Shown one piece after another: positions 47,943-50,036 of a DNA stretch of 50,036 nucleotides. The translations under genes were made by a program, and so were the position numbers. Numbering within the stretch: the stretch's first letter is position 1; each line of letters starts with the position of its first letter. The notes beneath the pieces are model-generated. The model searched no databases. It was not told the DNA's origin and worked only from the letters and a program-made list of their open reading frames with translations. Origin of the DNA: Candidatus Binatia bacterium (GTDB lineage Bacteria; Desulfobacterota; Binatia; UBA9968); the NCBI GenBank assembly GCA_040877705.1, contig JBBDNJ010000342.1, positions 1 to 50,036 of the forward strand, in the 5' to 3' direction.

Positions 47943-48192
47943 GATTCCCTCCTGCTGAGTCAACCGAGATAAAGCCCCATCATAAAGAAGCTCCAGCCCT
48001 TGCGGCGGCTTCCGTACTGATAAATAACGTGAACGTATCGCAGGCTGTGTGTTTATTAGGCAGTTTGAGGCGAAGCCGGAAACGCTTCACATAGGCTGTG
48101 GGCACGACGGTTAGAAAGAAAAGATTCGCTGGTTTGCGATCGCCGTCACGATCTTGCGGCTCTTGGATCATGCGGGAAGCACCGTTGACGAT

Positions 48193-48792
48193 TCAGTACT
48201 GGTCTCTGTAGATTTGGTTCCTTTCAAGGTACTGATGAAACTCCTCATCGTCTATCGAGGCCAGGGTGGCCTCCACCGATCTGATCAAACCATCTTTAGT
48301 TCCAGCTTCAAGTCCCTTTTGGGCGGCAACCACAGCGCGGCGTACAGCGATTTTGACCTTTCCACCACGATCCCAAACCTCATGTCCTTTGTAACCCTCT
48401 TGGTTCGCTTTACTGAGCAGGGTTAAACCACCCTGGATGGACTGAAGCCCTCTGTCGTTTTCTCCTAGGCGTAGCTGTGTGAGTCCTAGAGTGAGCCAGG
48501 CGATTTCATCTTTTTGGTTCACGACGAGCGCCCGTTGTAGAATGAGCTTAGCATCGTTATATCTTTCCCGGCGATAGTAGGCTCTACCCAAAAGCGTCAG
48601 GCTATCCTTGTAGGTAGGATCTTCACGCGCTACGGCTTCGAGATTGACGATCGCCTTGTCCATATTGGCTCCCCGCTGCTTTATGATCTCCTCTTTACCA
48701 GCGTTATACTTCCCGCCCGTGCCGACAAAAAACTCCGGCCGCGAGCAACCCAAGACGACCAACAAACTCAGCGTAAGGTACCATAACTTCAT
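48193..48792 (-). CDS. TPR lipoprotein
   Basis: Lipobox VLGC, TLLGRAYY and AWLTLGL TPR motifs. Confidence 0.85.
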   Translation of the reverse strand: MKLWYLTLSLLVVLGCSRPEFFVGTGGKYNAGKEEIIKQRGANMDKAIVNLEAVAREDPTYKDSLTLLGRAYYRRERYNDAKLILQRALVVNQKDEIAWLTLGLTQLRLGENDRGLQSIQGGLTLLSKANQEGYKGHEVWDRGGKVKIAVRRAVVAAQKGLEAGTKDGLIRSVEATLASIDDEEFHQYLERNQIYRDQY

Positions 48793-48906
48793 GAAAAATC
48801 TCCGTTCCTTTTAGTACACCAACAGCACCTGATTCTCAAGCGCGCCGGGCTTAACTGCGCGCCGCAAACAGGCGAACTGTCTTACCGAACGTCAAGTCAT
48901 CGTCAT

Positions 48907-48924
48907 TGACATTATTAGATGTCA
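48907..48924. promoter_or_regulatory. Palindromic operator-like site between divergent TPR genes
   Basis: TGACAT-TATTAG-ATGTCA, overlapping TTGACA, with nearby GTCA repeats. Confidence 0.5.
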
Positions 48925-48953
48925 TGACTAGGCTTTTGCAGGAGGAATCTCGT

Positions 48954-49601
48954 ATGAAAAATAAAGCTGTGTTGCAACTTACTTTCTTTTCCCTTTTTTG
49001 CGGCGTCGTGCTTTTGGGTTGCACCTCAATCCGAGTTGCAGGCGATGTCCAAAAGGGACGCATGCAGCTAATGCATGGCGATCCCAAAGTCGCCCTGATC
49101 CATTTCCAAAGCGCTGCTCAACTGCAGCCCGACTACTTACTTAATTTCACTCTTCTGAATCAAGGCATCTGGACCTACGTGGGACGCGCCTACTATGCCA
49201 CCGAACGCCTCCCTGAAGCTCGCCAGGCGCTCGAAAAAGCGCGTTCCCGCTATGATGAGGATCACCTGGCAAGAATTTATCTTGGCCTGGTGCTTCGGCG
49301 TGACGGTGATTCAAACCAGGGCTTAAAGGAGCTGGAGGCCGGTTTGAGAGGCCTGAATGGTTGGTTTGAATACGTTCACCACAATGTGCGCGAAGGTCAC
49401 TTCTGGGATCCCGGCCGGGCGATCAGAGGAGAGATCGATAGAGGCCTGCAACTGATTGCAAGCGGTAATGCAGACTGGGAAGGCTTAACCAAAAGCGCCG
49501 AATGGATCGGGCATAAAACCGAGATGGAAATCGATCTGGTAGCGCGAGACATGTATAGAGACGAGACCGAGAGCGACGACGATGGCTGCGCAGATTGTTG
49601 A
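48954..49601 (+). CDS. TPR lipoprotein (paralogue of the divergent neighbour)
   Basis: RBS AGGAGG, lipobox LLGC, TYVGRAYY, ARIYLGL, acidic CxxC tail. Confidence 0.85.
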   Translation: MKNKAVLQLTFFSLFCGVVLLGCTSIRVAGDVQKGRMQLMHGDPKVALIHFQSAAQLQPDYLLNFTLLNQGIWTYVGRAYYATERLPEARQALEKARSRYDEDHLARIYLGLVLRRDGDSNQGLKELEAGLRGLNGWFEYVHHNVREGHFWDPGRAIRGEIDRGLQLIASGNADWEGLTKSAEWIGHKTEMEIDLVARDMYRDETESDDDGCADC

Positions 49602-49628
49602 GCGGCGGTTCGCTCCGGATCGCTGGAT

Positions 49629-49661
49629 AAAAAAAGGGGCGCCTTCAGGGCGCCCCTTTTT
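49629..49661. terminator. Bidirectional rho-independent terminator
   Basis: AAAAAAAGGGGCGCC-TTCAG-GGCGCCCCTTTTT between convergent genes. Confidence 0.93.
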
Positions 49662-49679
49662 AGCTCTATCAAACTCTTG

Positions 49680-50036
49680 CTACCAGTTATATGCGACCGT
49701 TGCGTTCACGGTGTGCCAGTCGCAGTCTTTGCCGGGATTGGTCGCGTTTGACCGGTTGCTGGTGCAGCCGGTGGCGCGCTGAACTCCCACTGGCGTGTTT
49801 GACGAATCCCACCAGTTCCACTGCAAGCCAACTCTGAGGCCCGCCGCCACGGTATACCAGAGGTTGGTCTCCCGCTGCAGCACGTGAATTTTATTAAAAG
49901 ATCCGGCGCCTGGCGCGCAGTCTGCGCCGTCGCCGCAATCCTGCTCGTAGCGGCTAAAGGCAAAGCCCAACAACACCGATCCCGGGGTCGTCGCCGAACC
50001 TGTAAACGCTCCCTTCGGGCTAAACAGGTAAAGCTC
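49680..50036 (-). CDS. C-terminal part of an outer-membrane porin-like beta-barrel protein (partial)
   Basis: Frame is open to the window edge. Amphipathic strands, Cys-pair loops and terminal NATVAYNW beta-signal. Confidence 0.75.
   Translation of the reverse strand, partial: ELYLFSPKGAFTGSATTPGSVLLGFAFSRYEQDCGDGADCAPGAGSFNKIHVLQRETNLWYTVAAGLRVGLQWNWWDSSNTPVGVQRATGCTSNRSNATNPGKDCDWHTVNATVAYNW

Noticed and set aside
46935-47963. Canonical epsilon-zeta (PezAT) toxin-antitoxin module
   Set aside because: No upstream epsilon/PezA-like gene, and the kinase has an export-type N-terminus.
47980-48190. Possible ncRNA or tRNA in the intergenic gap
   Set aside because: No cloverleaf, riboswitch motif or convincing stem recognised by eye.

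Overview
Bacterial chromosomal window, most likely from a deltaproteobacterial-type lineage such as Candidatus Binatia (inferred from gene content and repeat style, not tested). Bases 1-5.5 kb are a decayed defence/mobile island: a TIR/NDT-fold gene, a Lamassu (ABC-three-component) operon with a broken SMC-like ATPase, IS3 and IS1380 stubs, and several 3' ends of HUH Y1 (RAYT-like) transposases whose GACCCC motifs sit at most breakpoints. The rest is mostly core genome: an M19 dipeptidase, a MoxR/DUF58/VWA cluster, greA with a leader terminator, an oligopeptide ABC transporter, TPR and Lol-fold lipoproteins, ligA, an RRM protein, acyP, a sigma54 two-component system, rsmI, amgK-murU, ZIP, GT2, ubiD/ubiA-like menaquinone genes, TauE, a GT-C-TPR protein and the end of a porin. 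Three items stand out, two of them absent from the ORF track: (1) a 48-codon secreted Pro/Glu/Lys peptide gene under a consensus sigma54 promoter, divergent from its probable two-component regulator; (2) a glutaredoxin-like selenoprotein with two in-frame UGA codons; (3) a lipoprotein zeta-toxin-like kinase next to an ATP/ADP translocase-family transporter. No tRNA, rRNA or CRISPR array was seen.
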